Notes: generated by a model from the sequence alone, not told the origin. A stretch of DNA of 32,250 nucleotides from Myxococcota bacterium (GCA_041687695.1 JAWLBL010000045.1:1-32250); one strand, 5' to 3'. Shown: positions 1 to 13,317, numbered from the stretch's first letter. Made by a program: numbers and translations.

Positions 1-113
1 CCAGCCGGCCGGCGCGACGCAGGCCTCCGCGTCCGCCGCCTGGGATCGCCGGCTTCCAGCCGGCCGACACCTCACCGGCCTCCGCGTCCGGCGCCTGGGC
101 TCGCCGGCTGCCA

Positions 114-286
114 GAGGGTGTCGCAGAAGGACCAACCGGAGTGCTCCACCTTGGTGGAGCCCCCATCCGGCGCAGCTTGCTGCGCCGGTTTGGTAGCCCG
201 ATCCCGGCGGCAAGCCGCCGGGGCCGGGGCTCCGGCAAGCCGGAGCACTCCATCGCCGGCTCAGCCGTCATCAATACGACACCCTC
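114..286 (-). mobile_element. MITE-like element type A (173 bp), non-coding, inserted in a REP loop
   Basis: Ends GAGGGTGTCGCAG...AATACGACACCCTC form an inverted repeat. Flanks are TGCCA (109-113) and TTCCA (287-291). It is the near-exact reverse complement of 954-1125. Confidence 0.8.
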
Positions 287-456
287 TTCCAGCCGGCCGG
301 CGCGACGCCGGCCTCCGCGTCCGCCGCCTGGGATCGCCGGCTTCCAGCCGGCCGGCGCTTCGCCGCTCTCCGGTTCGGCCTCCTGGGATCGCCGGCTTCC
401 AGCCGGCCGGCGCTTCGCCGCTCTCCGGTTCGGCCGCCTGGGCTCGCCGGCTGCCA

Positions 457-673
457 GAGGGTGTCGTATTGAGGTCACCTTCGGGTGCCGACGTGTCGAG
501 ACACAGCGAGTCCGGGACGGCAACCCGCGCCGGCTCCGCCGGCGCGGAAAGCGCCGCCATGGGCGGCGCACTCCCAAAGCGGGCCTTCGGCCCGCGTAAG
601 CGGCGGGGCGCTCGGCTTTGGTCAACTCCAAGGCGAGCCTGGAGCGCGGGGACGACCCTTTTGCGACAGCCTC
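457..673 (+). mobile_element. MITE-like element type B (217 bp), same terminal repeats, different interior
   Basis: Ends GAGGGTGTCGTATTG...TTTTGCGACAGCCTC. Flanks are TGCCA (452-456) and TTCCA (674-678) within GCCGGC arms. The interior is a string of hairpins. Confidence 0.75.
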
Positions 674-953
674 TTCCAGCCGCCCGGCGTCTCGCTGCCG
701 TCCGCGTCCGCGGTCTGGGATCGCCGGCTTCCAGCCGGCCGGCGCTTCGCCGCTCTCCGGTTCGGCCTCCTGGAATCGCCGGCTTCCAGCCGGCCGGCGC
801 TTCGCCGCTCTCCGGTTCGGCCGCCTGGGATCGCCGGCTTCCAGCCGGCCGGCGCCTCGCCGGCCTGCGCGTCCGCGGTCTGGGATCGCCGGCTTCCAGC
901 CGGCCGGCGCTACGCCGGCCTCTGCGTCTGGCGCCTGGGATCTCCGGCTTCCC

Positions 954-1125
954 GAGGGTGTCGTATCGATGCCGGCTGAGGCGGCCTTGGAGTGCTCCGG
1001 CTTGCCGGAGCCCCGGCCCCGGCGGCTTGCCGCCGGGATCTGGCCGCCAGACCCGGCGCAGCAAGCTGCGCCGGATGGGGGCTCCACCAAGGTGGAGCAC
1101 TCCGGTTGGCCTTTGCGACAGCCTC
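954..1125 (+). mobile_element. MITE-like element type A (172 bp)
   Basis: Ends GAGGGTGTCGTATC...TTTGCGACAGCCTC. Flanks are TTCCC (949-953) and TTCCA (1126-1130). Homologous to 114-286 (inverted) and to 32127-end (direct). Confidence 0.8.
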
Positions 1126-1247
1126 TTCCAGCCGGCCGGCGCTTCGCCGCCCTCCGGTTCGGCCTCCTGGAATCGCCGGCTTCCAGCCGGCCGGCGCCAC
1201 GCCGCCCTCGTTGTTGGTGGCGGCGCCGGGCGCGCTACCCTGCGGGC

Positions 1248-2858
1248 ATGCCCCTGCCGAAGCCTCGTCCGCGTCGCGGCGCGATCTGGCTGTGTTGCGT
1301 CGCAGCATGGCTGGTCGCGCTGGCCGCGCCCGCGCCGGCCGCGCCGCCCCAGCGCGTGCCCTCCGGGATGGGCCCGCATGGGCTGCGTGCCGTCGGGGCG
1401 CTGGATCTGCGCGCGGTGGCTTCGCGTGCCGGCCTCCGGGTCGACGTCGAGCGGGTGGGCGAGGTCTACTACCTGGCGTTCCGGCCCTTGTTCGCCTGGT
1501 CCGACGCGGACGGCGACCCGGCCCTGCTGGTCTCGGTGCCGCTGCGCTTCGAGCTGCTGGACACCCGCGGCGCGACCAGCGACGAGCGCTTCGGCGACCT
1601 GTTCGCCCTCCGCACGGCCGATTGGGCCAGCGTCTGGGACGTCGTGCGCACCGTCGAGCTCCTGCGGCTGGGCGGCCCCGACGCTCGCTTCGAGGCCGAG
1701 GTCAGCACCTTCACGCCGCTGACCCTGGGCCACGGCACCTGGGTGCGGCGCTACAACCCCAACCTGACGGTGACCGGACGCCGGCTCGCCACGCGCCTGG
1801 CCGGCCGGGCGCCGCTGGGCGAGGTCGAGCTGCTGGTGGACGACCCCTTCGACCCGCGCGTCCTGGGGGCGCACGGCGCGATCCGCCCCGCCGGGACCGC
1901 CGACGCGGGCTGGGCGTCCCGCCTGGCGGTGACCGGGACCCTGGTCGCCGACATCGACGCGCCGCTGATGAACCGCCTCGATCTCTTCGACGCCGACCGC
2001 GACGGGCGGCGCGACGAGATCCTGCTGACCGGCGCCGCGGATCGGCCCTCGTACCTCGACGGGCTGGTGGCCGCCTGGGCCGTCGGCGTGGCCCTCGGGC
2101 CCGAGGCGGCCGACCGCGGCTGGTCCGGCTTCCTCGAGATCGGCGGCCTGACCGGGCCGCTGCCGCGCCCCTGCGCCGACTGGGAGGGCCCCGAGGTCGA
2201 GCGATGTCCGGCGGTGTTCGGCGCCGTGAACGACGGGCTCGCGCCGCAGCCGAGCGAGCTGGAGACCGAGCGGGTCGGCGCCCTCGGCGGCGTGGTGGGC
2301 CTCGAGCGACGCCTGGTGACCGAGGGCGGCGGCCGCCTCCTGGGCCGCGTCGAGGGCCGCCTCGGCGAGCGCGGCGCCCACTTCCGCTACTTCGATCTGC
2401 TCTATCCGCTGCAGCGCGTGCTGTTCCGCGTCCCAGACGGCGCCGACGGCGCGACCCTGGCCAACCGCACCAAGGCGCGCGAGGTGCTGGCCGCGTCCGA
2501 CCGGCTCGTCCCGGCGCTCGCGGCCGAGGTCCACTGGCGCTCCGCGGGCGGCCTCGAGGCCGCGGCCGGCGTGGACGCCGCGTTCGGCGCCCCGCAGGGC
2601 GGCTGGTTCGCCCACCTGGGCATGCCCGACGGCCGGCACCTGGGCTGGTCGCTCGCCTACCACAAGCGCGCCAGCGCCGCCGACGAGCTGGGGGACCTGG
2701 GCCGCGGCGCCGTCCTGCTGGCGGCGGCGCGCGCGACCCTGCTGCCGATCCTGCACCTCAACGCGCGCGCCCTGGTCCCGCTGGACGTCGGCGCCCACGC
2801 GCTGGAGGACCGCCTGTTCGACGTCACCCTGGGCGTCGAGCTGGCCTTCGACTACTGA
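1248..2858 (+). CDS. Exported hypothetical protein, possibly outer-membrane beta-barrel (536 aa)
   Basis: In frame with ORF 618..2858, whose upstream part is only repeat DNA. ATG 1248 gives a signal peptide (MPLPKPRPRRGAIWLCCVAAWLVALAAPAPA). C-terminus is an alternating beta-strand ending in an aromatic residue (VTLGVELAFDY). GC3-biased codons. Confidence 0.7.
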   Translation: MPLPKPRPRRGAIWLCCVAAWLVALAAPAPAAPPQRVPSGMGPHGLRAVGALDLRAVASRAGLRVDVERVGEVYYLAFRPLFAWSDADGDPALLVSVPLRFELLDTRGATSDERFGDLFALRTADWASVWDVVRTVELLRLGGPDARFEAEVSTFTPLTLGHGTWVRRYNPNLTVTGRRLATRLAGRAPLGEVELLVDDPFDPRVLGAHGAIRPAGTADAGWASRLAVTGTLVADIDAPLMNRLDLFDADRDGRRDEILLTGAADRPSYLDGLVAAWAVGVALGPEAADRGWSGFLEIGGLTGPLPRPCADWEGPEVERCPAVFGAVNDGLAPQPSELETERVGALGGVVGLERRLVTEGGGRLLGRVEGRLGERGAHFRYFDLLYPLQRVLFRVPDGADGATLANRTKAREVLAASDRLVPALAAEVHWRSAGGLEAAAGVDAAFGAPQGGWFAHLGMPDGRHLGWSLAYHKRASAADELGDLGRGAVLLAAARATLLPILHLNARALVPLDVGAHALEDRLFDVTLGVELAFDY

Positions 2859-3623
2859 CTACCGACCCTGCGCGGCGGCGCGCGGCGGCGCCTCGGGCAC
2901 CTGGGCGCCGGGCCCGTAGGTCCGGTGCAGGTAGGCCACGATGTCCTCGGACTCGTACATGGCGGCCCCGGTGTTCGGGTCCTGCAGGTACGGCACGCGC
3001 ATCTTGCCGCCCAGGGCGACCAGCTGCGGGCGGCGCGGGCTCTTCTTGGCCACGTTCTTGACGTGGTAGGGCAGGTCCAGCTCGTTCAAGGCCTCGCGCA
3101 CCTTGCGGCAGTAGGGCGAGGCCTCGAAGTTCCACAGGACCAGCGGCTCGGCCGGCGCCGGGCGGCCCTGGACCTCTTCCAGCACGCGCAGCCCCCGCGG
3201 TCGCGCGCCGCTGGCGACCGCCGACGAGGCGGTGTTGAGCGGCGACAGCGCCCGGCCCAGCGCGGCGCGGCCGTGGCCGTAGGTCTCGGCCAGGTACGTC
3301 ACGATGTCCTCGCTCTCGTACAGCGACCGGCCGGTGTTCGGGTCGACCAGGAACGGGAACTGCCCCTTGCCGCCCGCCTGCACGACCGCGTCGCGGTGTC
3401 GCGAGCCGCGCGCGCACGGGTAGACGATGGCCTCGAGGTCCAGCTCGCTCAGCGCCTCGCGCACCTTTCGGCAGTAGGGGCAGGCCTCGAGCTCGTAGAC
3501 GATGAGCGGCTGGGCCGGTCGCCGGGCCCCGTCGAGGCCGCCCTGCACACGCAGGCCGCGGCCGCCGCGCAGGATCGACACGAGCAGGGAGTAGGCGTTG
3601 TTCAACGTGACGCGGGTGGACAT
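2859..3623 (-). CDS. Glutathione S-transferase N-terminal (thioredoxin/glutaredoxin-fold) tandem-domain protein
   Basis: Two homologous domains: YELEACPYCRKVREAL...QFPFLVDPNTG..LYESEDIV and WNFEASPYCRKVREAL...VPYLQDPNTG..MYESEDIV. Confidence 0.9.
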   Translation of the reverse strand: MSTRVTLNNAYSLLVSILRGGRGLRVQGGLDGARRPAQPLIVYELEACPYCRKVREALSELDLEAIVYPCARGSRHRDAVVQAGGKGQFPFLVDPNTGRSLYESEDIVTYLAETYGHGRAALGRALSPLNTASSAVASGARPRGLRVLEEVQGRPAPAEPLVLWNFEASPYCRKVREALNELDLPYHVKNVAKKSPRRPQLVALGGKMRVPYLQDPNTGAAMYESEDIVAYLHRTYGPGAQVPEAPPRAAAQGR

Positions 3624-3666
3624 GGTCAGGCTCCGTGTGAGGGTGCGGCGGGGCAGGGGGAGGGGC

Positions 3667-4737
3667 TCAGGGGACGAGGACCAGCTTGCCGACGGTCTGG
3701 CCGCTCTCGAGGTCGCGGTGGGCGTCGCCGACCCGCTCGATGGGGTAGGTGGTCACCTTGGGGGCGCGGATGCGACCCTCGGCCAGCCACGCGCCCAGCT
3801 CGGTCATGGCGTCCTCGAGGATGTCGACCCGGTCGAAGAGATCGCTCAGGTTGAACGCCATGACGCTGCGGTTCTTCTCGGTCAGCGACAGCGGGCTGAA
3901 GCGGGGCGTCCTCAGGAAGTCGCGCGCCAGCTTGAGCCAGTTGGGGCGGCCGCCGACCTTCGGGATCATCGTGTGGAAGCCGTAGACGACCAGCTTGCCG
4001 CCCTTGGCCAGGTGGTCGTAGCTCTTGCGCAACGTCTCGACCCCGTTGGCGTCCAGCACGACGTCGAAGCCGTCCGGGGCGATGGCCCGCGCGCGGGCCC
4101 ACAGGTCCTCGCGCCGCTTGTCGATGACGTGGTCGGCGCCGTTGTCCCGGACCGCCTCGACCTTGTGGCTCGCCCCGACGACGCCCGTCACCTCGCACCC
4201 CAGCAGCTTGCCCAGCTGCACCAGCGCCGTGCCGACCCCGCCGGCCGCCGAATGCACCAGGAGCTTCGCCCCCGGCCGCGGGTGCGCCTGCTCGCACAGC
4301 GCGTACCAGGCCGTCAGGAACACCGTCGGGAAGCCGGCCGCCTCGACCGCGGTCAGCGCCTCGGGCCGCGCGAACACGAACGCGCGCGGCGTCACCACGT
4401 GCGAGGCGTACCCGCCGAAGCGGCTGACCGCCACCACCGGATCGCCGACCTTCAGATCGCTGACCTTGGACCCGACCGCCGCGACCCGCCCCGCCGACTC
4501 GAACCCCGGCGTCATCGGCCAGCCGAACTGGCGCGCGGTCGCGTACAGCCCCATCCGCACCATCACGTCGGCGTAGTTGACCCCGATGGCCTCGGTCTCG
4601 ACCACCACGTCGTCCGGCCCGGGCGCCGGCGGCGTGAAGGGGACGACCTTCATCTTCTCGTAGCTGCCGGCGCGCGAGATCTCGACGCGGCGGGGTGGGG
4701 CCGCGGCGGCGGACCGGGGGCTGGGGGAGGCGGTCAT
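3667..4737 (-). CDS. MDR-superfamily NAD(P)H quinone oxidoreductase, VAT-1-like
   Basis: AIGVNYAD, TPGFESAG, GGYASHV, VHSAAGGVG nucleotide-binding motif and terminal GKLVL. No Zn-binding Cys cluster. Confidence 0.92.
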   Translation of the reverse strand: MTASPSPRSAAAAPPRRVEISRAGSYEKMKVVPFTPPAPGPDDVVVETEAIGVNYADVMVRMGLYATARQFGWPMTPGFESAGRVAAVGSKVSDLKVGDPVVAVSRFGGYASHVVTPRAFVFARPEALTAVEAAGFPTVFLTAWYALCEQAHPRPGAKLLVHSAAGGVGTALVQLGKLLGCEVTGVVGASHKVEAVRDNGADHVIDKRREDLWARARAIAPDGFDVVLDANGVETLRKSYDHLAKGGKLVVYGFHTMIPKVGGRPNWLKLARDFLRTPRFSPLSLTEKNRSVMAFNLSDLFDRVDILEDAMTELGAWLAEGRIRAPKVTTYPIERVGDAHRDLESGQTVGKLVLVP

Positions 4738-4761
4738 GGCTGGGATCCTGCGAGGCGGGGG

Positions 4762-5697
4762 TCAGACCGCCGCGTCGAGCGGGAGGCGCGTGCGCCCCAG
4801 GATGAGGTCGACGAAGTGCTGCGCGGCCGGCGGCAGGGCCCCGCTCTCGCGGGACAGGACGTACAGATCGCGGCTGAGGCTCAGGCCCTCGACCTCGAGC
4901 GCGACCAGGCTGCCCGCCTCGAGCTCGCGGCCGATGCAGTGGGTGGGCAGGGCCGCGAAGCCGACGCCAATCTCGACCATCCGCTTGATGACCTCGATGT
5001 CGCTGCTCTCGGCGACCACCTTGGCGCCGACGTCGAGGTCGGCGAAGGCGCGCTCGGTCATGTGGCGGGTCGGGGCCTGCTCGTCGAAGGCGACCATCTC
5101 GAGGCCGTCGAGCACCTGCGGGGCGATGGGCTCGCCGCGGCGCGCGCTGCGGGCGAGCGGGTGATCGAAGGCGACGACCACGCGGATGGGGTTGTGCAGG
5201 AAGGGCTCGGCCTCGAGCCCCTCGGTGTCGGGCTCGCCGGCGACCAGGCCGATGTCGATGCGGTGCTCGCGCAGGGCCTGCACGACCTGGGCCGAGCGGC
5301 TGGTGACCAGCTTGAGGCGCACCTTGGGGTGGGCCTGGCGGAAGCGGCGCAGGTACAGCGGCAGGATGTGCACGCCGATGCTGTTGACCGAGCCGATGGC
5401 GACCCGGCCGGCGCTGCCGCTGCGCAGCTTGTCGACGGCCTCTTCCAGATCGCGCAGGTGGCCGAAGACCCGCTCGCAGTGCTCGAAGACCACCTGGCCG
5501 TCGGCGGTGGGCTGCATGCCGCGCGGCGAGCGGTGGAAGAGCTGCAGCCCCAGGGCGTCCTCGAGGGCCTGGACCTGCTTGGACAGGGCCGGCTGGCTGA
5601 CGCCGAGGCGCACCGAGGCGCGCTTCATGTTCTGCGAGCGCGCGACCTCGTAGAAGTAGCGGAGTTGATTGAGGTTGATGGGCGACTGGTCCGCCAT
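4762..5697 (-). CDS. LysR-family transcriptional regulator
   Basis: N-terminal HTH LNQLRYFYEVAR..NMKRASVRLGVSQPALSKQVQALEDALGLQLFHR, followed by a typical substrate-binding domain. ATG 5697 chosen over the track start at 5745. Confidence 0.95.
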   Translation of the reverse strand: MADQSPINLNQLRYFYEVARSQNMKRASVRLGVSQPALSKQVQALEDALGLQLFHRSPRGMQPTADGQVVFEHCERVFGHLRDLEEAVDKLRSGSAGRVAIGSVNSIGVHILPLYLRRFRQAHPKVRLKLVTSRSAQVVQALREHRIDIGLVAGEPDTEGLEAEPFLHNPIRVVVAFDHPLARSARRGEPIAPQVLDGLEMVAFDEQAPTRHMTERAFADLDVGAKVVAESSDIEVIKRMVEIGVGFAALPTHCIGRELEAGSLVALEVEGLSLSRDLYVLSRESGALPPAAQHFVDLILGRTRLPLDAAV

Positions 5698-5755
5698 GAC
5701 AAACCCCCGAACCGGCGGGCGCGCCGGCGGGCGACACCCTACCACAACGCCGCGA

Positions 5756-7597
5756 TCAGAGGGCGTGACCGTCCACGCGCAGCTGGAACAGGAAGTAGGG
5801 CGGCATGCAGGCGCCCTCGCCAGGCGGGGCAGAGGGCGTGCGGGCGCAGATGTAGTCGTCGCGGCAGGGGCGGGCGGCGCTGCAGGCGCGCAGGGCGCCG
5901 GGGCGCGTGTTGTCGGCCAGGCACTGCTCGAAGGGGATCTTCTGGGCGAGGCACTGGTTGAACCCCACCAGGACCGGGATGCCCGTGCAGGCGGCGGCCG
6001 GGTCCGCGCTGTCGCAGCCCTCGACGCAGACGCCGTTCGGGAAGCCGACCCGGTTGTCGTTGCACGCGGCGTCGGGCCCGCAGGCGCGCGCCGCGACGTC
6101 GCGGACGCGGTCGCGGTGCGGGTCGGCCTGCTGGGTCACCCGGCCCACCTCGCACGGGCCGCCGACCGACGGCCGCGTTGGCAGGCACAGCCCGACGTGG
6201 GGCTCGTCCAGCGGGGCGCAGGCCAGACCGGGGTCGCAGGTCCAGCCGGCGAACCCCGGGTCGCCCAGGCCACAGCGCGCGCCGTAGCCGCCGGAGGGCG
6301 AGGTGCGCTCGGCATGCGGCCGGCTGGGGTCGGGCAGGGCGCCCGCGGCCAGCGCGGTCACCCAGGCGGCGCGCCGGGGCAGGTCCTCGGTCAGGTGCGG
6401 CGAGCGGCCCAGCGCCAGGGCGTCGACGCGGCGCGCCGGATCGGGCTCGTCGCCCAGCAGGTGGAAGCCCGCGACGCTCCGGCTCTGGTGGCAGCCGGCG
6501 CAGCTCAGGCCGTCCAGGCGCCGCACCAGGGCCTCGGGGCTGGCGATGGTGCGCGTGCCGGCCAGCGGCAGGTCCCCCAACTTCCGCGGGTCCAGCACCT
6601 GCCGAAACGGCCGGTTCGCCAGCCGCGCCAGCCCGCGCGGCGCCACCGACACCGCCCGCTCGGCCAGCAAGTGCTCGGGCAGCAGCGCCGTCCCCGCGTC
6701 GATGGCCGCAAGGTTCGCCGCCACCCACGCCCGCAGCTCGGCCTGCAGCTTCCGGCTGCCCCGGATGCGCGCCACGTCGGGCGTGTTCTCGAGCCGCCCC
6801 GGGACCAGCCGCCCGCCCTTCTGGTGGAACACGCGCATCAGGTACTCGGCGTGCCCGGCCATCCCCGGGTGCACCGTCGACGGCCACCGCACGCTCTGCA
6901 GGTTCACCTCGACCGACCTCAGCCGGTCCAGCCCGACGCGCTCGCTCGCCAGCGGCCCGTCGGCCGCCACCAACGCCTCCGCCAGCGCCTCGCCCGTCAG
7001 CCCCTCCAGCCGCACCCACCGCTGGGCCTCGGCCCGGCACCCCGCCACCCCGGTCACCGTCCCATCCAGCCAGTACACCACGTTCACCGTCATCGGCAGC
7101 CGCGATGCCACCCGCAGCCCGCCCACCTCGGTCGCGTAGCTCAGCCGATGGACCAGCCGCACCTCGCCGCACCGCTCCGGCGCGAACGGCTGCCGGTCCA
7201 GCCGCGCCGCCACCCCCGCCAGCTCGAACCGCGCCTCGTCCGACGCCAGCCACCGCGCATCGAACAGCCGATGCCCATACCGCAGCCCCACGCCGCTCTT
7301 CGGGTCCGCCGCCGCGATCTCGGCCAGGTCCGCCGTCACGCGCCGCAGCACGTCCCGCGCCAGCGGCGCCTCCGACAGCGCCTCCGTCGTCACCGCCTCG
7401 CGCGTCCCCAGCCGCGCGCCCAGCCCCATCCCGGCCGCCTCCAGCGCCCGCAACGCGTCGGGGTCTGAGATCAACGTCGTCGCCCGCCCCGGCGCCGCCG
7501 CCCGCGCGTCCCCCGGCTGGTCGCCACCCGCGACCCCGCCCCCGATCAGCGCCCCAGCGACCACTCCGGCCGCGAGCAGCCCACTCCACCTCCGCAT
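5756..7597 (-). CDS. Exported hypothetical protein with single CxxCH (putative c-type heme) and Cys-rich C-terminus
   Basis: Signal-like N-terminus MRRWSGLLAAGVVAGALIGGGVA, motif SCAGCHQS and many Cys in the last ~170 aa. Start 7597 vs 7624 is uncertain. Confidence 0.75.
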   Translation of the reverse strand: MRRWSGLLAAGVVAGALIGGGVAGGDQPGDARAAAPGRATTLISDPDALRALEAAGMGLGARLGTREAVTTEALSEAPLARDVLRRVTADLAEIAAADPKSGVGLRYGHRLFDARWLASDEARFELAGVAARLDRQPFAPERCGEVRLVHRLSYATEVGGLRVASRLPMTVNVVYWLDGTVTGVAGCRAEAQRWVRLEGLTGEALAEALVAADGPLASERVGLDRLRSVEVNLQSVRWPSTVHPGMAGHAEYLMRVFHQKGGRLVPGRLENTPDVARIRGSRKLQAELRAWVAANLAAIDAGTALLPEHLLAERAVSVAPRGLARLANRPFRQVLDPRKLGDLPLAGTRTIASPEALVRRLDGLSCAGCHQSRSVAGFHLLGDEPDPARRVDALALGRSPHLTEDLPRRAAWVTALAAGALPDPSRPHAERTSPSGGYGARCGLGDPGFAGWTCDPGLACAPLDEPHVGLCLPTRPSVGGPCEVGRVTQQADPHRDRVRDVAARACGPDAACNDNRVGFPNGVCVEGCDSADPAAACTGIPVLVGFNQCLAQKIPFEQCLADNTRPGALRACSAARPCRDDYICARTPSAPPGEGACMPPYFLFQLRVDGHAL

Positions 7598-7759
7598 CTT
7601 CGAACCCCGCGCGCCCCATCCCATGCGCCCAAGCTACTGCGCCGCGCTGCGCTTGGCGACCCGAGCAAACGTTCGTGGTGCCATTTGCAACCAACGCGCT
7701 TTGGGCTATGAGCGCCCCACGTGCGGTGGGGAAGCCGCGCGTCCACCCGGAGAACTACC

Positions 7760-8197
7760 ATGCGCATTCTGACGATGATCCTGGCCATCCTGTGTCTGCT
7801 CGCGACCACCGGCCTCGGCGGCTTCACCTACAGCGAGTTCTCGAAGCGCGTCGGCATGGACGCGGTCGACGACGCCGAGAAGGTCTCGGCGCAGGTCGAG
7901 AAGGAGACCGGCTCGGCCCCGCCCGAGGCGGCGATGCTGGGCAAGGTGAAGACGACGCTCTACATGTGGCTCGGCCTCGCCGGTCTGTCGCTCGTCCTGC
8001 TCGTGCTGCTCTTCGTCAAGAAGGGCGTGCTCCCGGTCGGCGCGGTGGTCGCCGTCCTGGCCATCGCCAGCTTCGCCCTGCTCCCGGACCAGCAGGACTT
8101 CAAGCGGCTCGGCATGGTCATCGCCATCCCCGGCCTGCTCGGCGCCGTCTTCGCCATCCTCAGCGACAAGCTGCGCCAGAAGAACGCCGCCGCCTGA
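7760..8197 (+). CDS. Small integral membrane hypothetical protein (about 4 TM)
   Basis: GGAG RBS at 7749-7752, ATG 7760, four hydrophobic segments and typical codon bias. Confidence 0.8.
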   Translation: MRILTMILAILCLLATTGLGGFTYSEFSKRVGMDAVDDAEKVSAQVEKETGSAPPEAAMLGKVKTTLYMWLGLAGLSLVLLVLLFVKKGVLPVGAVVAVLAIASFALLPDQQDFKRLGMVIAIPGLLGAVFAILSDKLRQKNAAA

Positions 8198-8426
8198 TCC
8201 CCGCCTCCGGGGGCACCGACCCGCGGGTCGGCCGCCCCCGGACCGCTTGCTTGCTCGGCTCACGGCCGCGTGGCACCGTCGCCTCATCTCGCGACGCACC
8301 CCACCACGCGCCACGGCCCTCCGCCCGTAGAAGGCCCACGCCCGTCTCGGTGGCTCCTCGCCTCGCGTCACCCAGGCCACGCCGCGCGCGTCGCTGCGTC
8401 GCCCATCGACCTCGAGCAAGCAGCCC

Positions 8427-12965
<4,539 letters not shown>

Positions 12966-12990
12966 CCGGCGCCGCTTGGGCTCGCGGTCC

Positions 12991-13071
12991 CTGGGATCGC
13001 CGGCTTCCAGCCGGCCGGGTCAGTGACGCTTCTCGCGCCCTCCAGCTGGGATCGCCGGCTTCCAGCCGGCC
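12991..13071 (+). repeat. Two REP-like palindromes, 55 bp apart
   Basis: CTGGGATCGCCGGCTTCCAGCCGGCC twice, with loops at 13005 and 13060, directly after the ATPase stop codon. Confidence 0.9.
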
Positions 13072-13122
13072 GAGCCTCCCGGACGCCTTCGCCTCCGCGG
13101 CGGCCCCTGCTAGGCTGCGGCC

Positions 13123-13314
13123 ATGCCCTCGCCCGACCCGCTGCTCGACGCCCTGCTGACCGCCGCCGCCACCCACGGCCGTGAGTCGGACCCCGACCAC
13201 GAGGTCGGCGACCTCCAAGACATCCTCCGCACGGCCTGGGCCCACCTCACGCCCGTCCAGCGTCGTGCGGTCTTCGCCCAGCACGAAGACCTCGTCACCG
13301 ACTGGCCTGCCTAG
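13123..13314 (+). CDS. Small hypothetical protein (63 aa)
   Basis: Protein-like helical composition (DPDHEVGDLQDILRTAW), GC3 bias, TAGGCT -10-like hexamer 6 bp upstream of the ATG; fills the gap between the REP pair and the convergent gene. Confidence 0.65.
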   Translation: MPSPDPLLDALLTAAATHGRESDPDHEVGDLQDILRTAWAHLTPVQRRAVFAQHEDLVTDWPA

Positions 13315-13317
13315 TAG

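Larger units (their letters stand above)
1..1200 (+). repeat. Tandem array of REP-like palindromes (core CCTGGGATCGCCGGC-TTCCA-GCCGGCCGGCG), 55-bp period, interrupted by three MITE-like insertions; runs off the left edge
   Basis: Loop pentamers start at 54, 109|287, 342, 397, 452|674, 729, 784, 839, 894, 949|1126 and 1181, plus a partial copy at position 1. Spacing is exactly 55 bp once the insertions are removed. Inter-hairpin segments fall into two recurrent sequence types. Confidence 0.92.

Noticed and set aside
1..1200. CRISPR array interpretation of the 55-bp repeats
   Set aside because: The 'spacers' are about 23 bp and recur in two near-identical classes, the same hairpin is scattered elsewhere in the window, and no cas genes are present.
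118..1722. ORFs 118..1722, 141..599, 485..979 and the 618-1247 extension of the first CDS
   Set aside because: They translate REP/MITE DNA into low-complexity repeats (PPGIAGFQPAG). GC-rich repeats simply lack stop codons.
7655..7695. Possible sigma-54 promoter in the divergent intergenic region (TGGCAC...TTGC on the minus strand)
   Set aside because: GG-to-GC spacing is not the required 10 bp on either strand.
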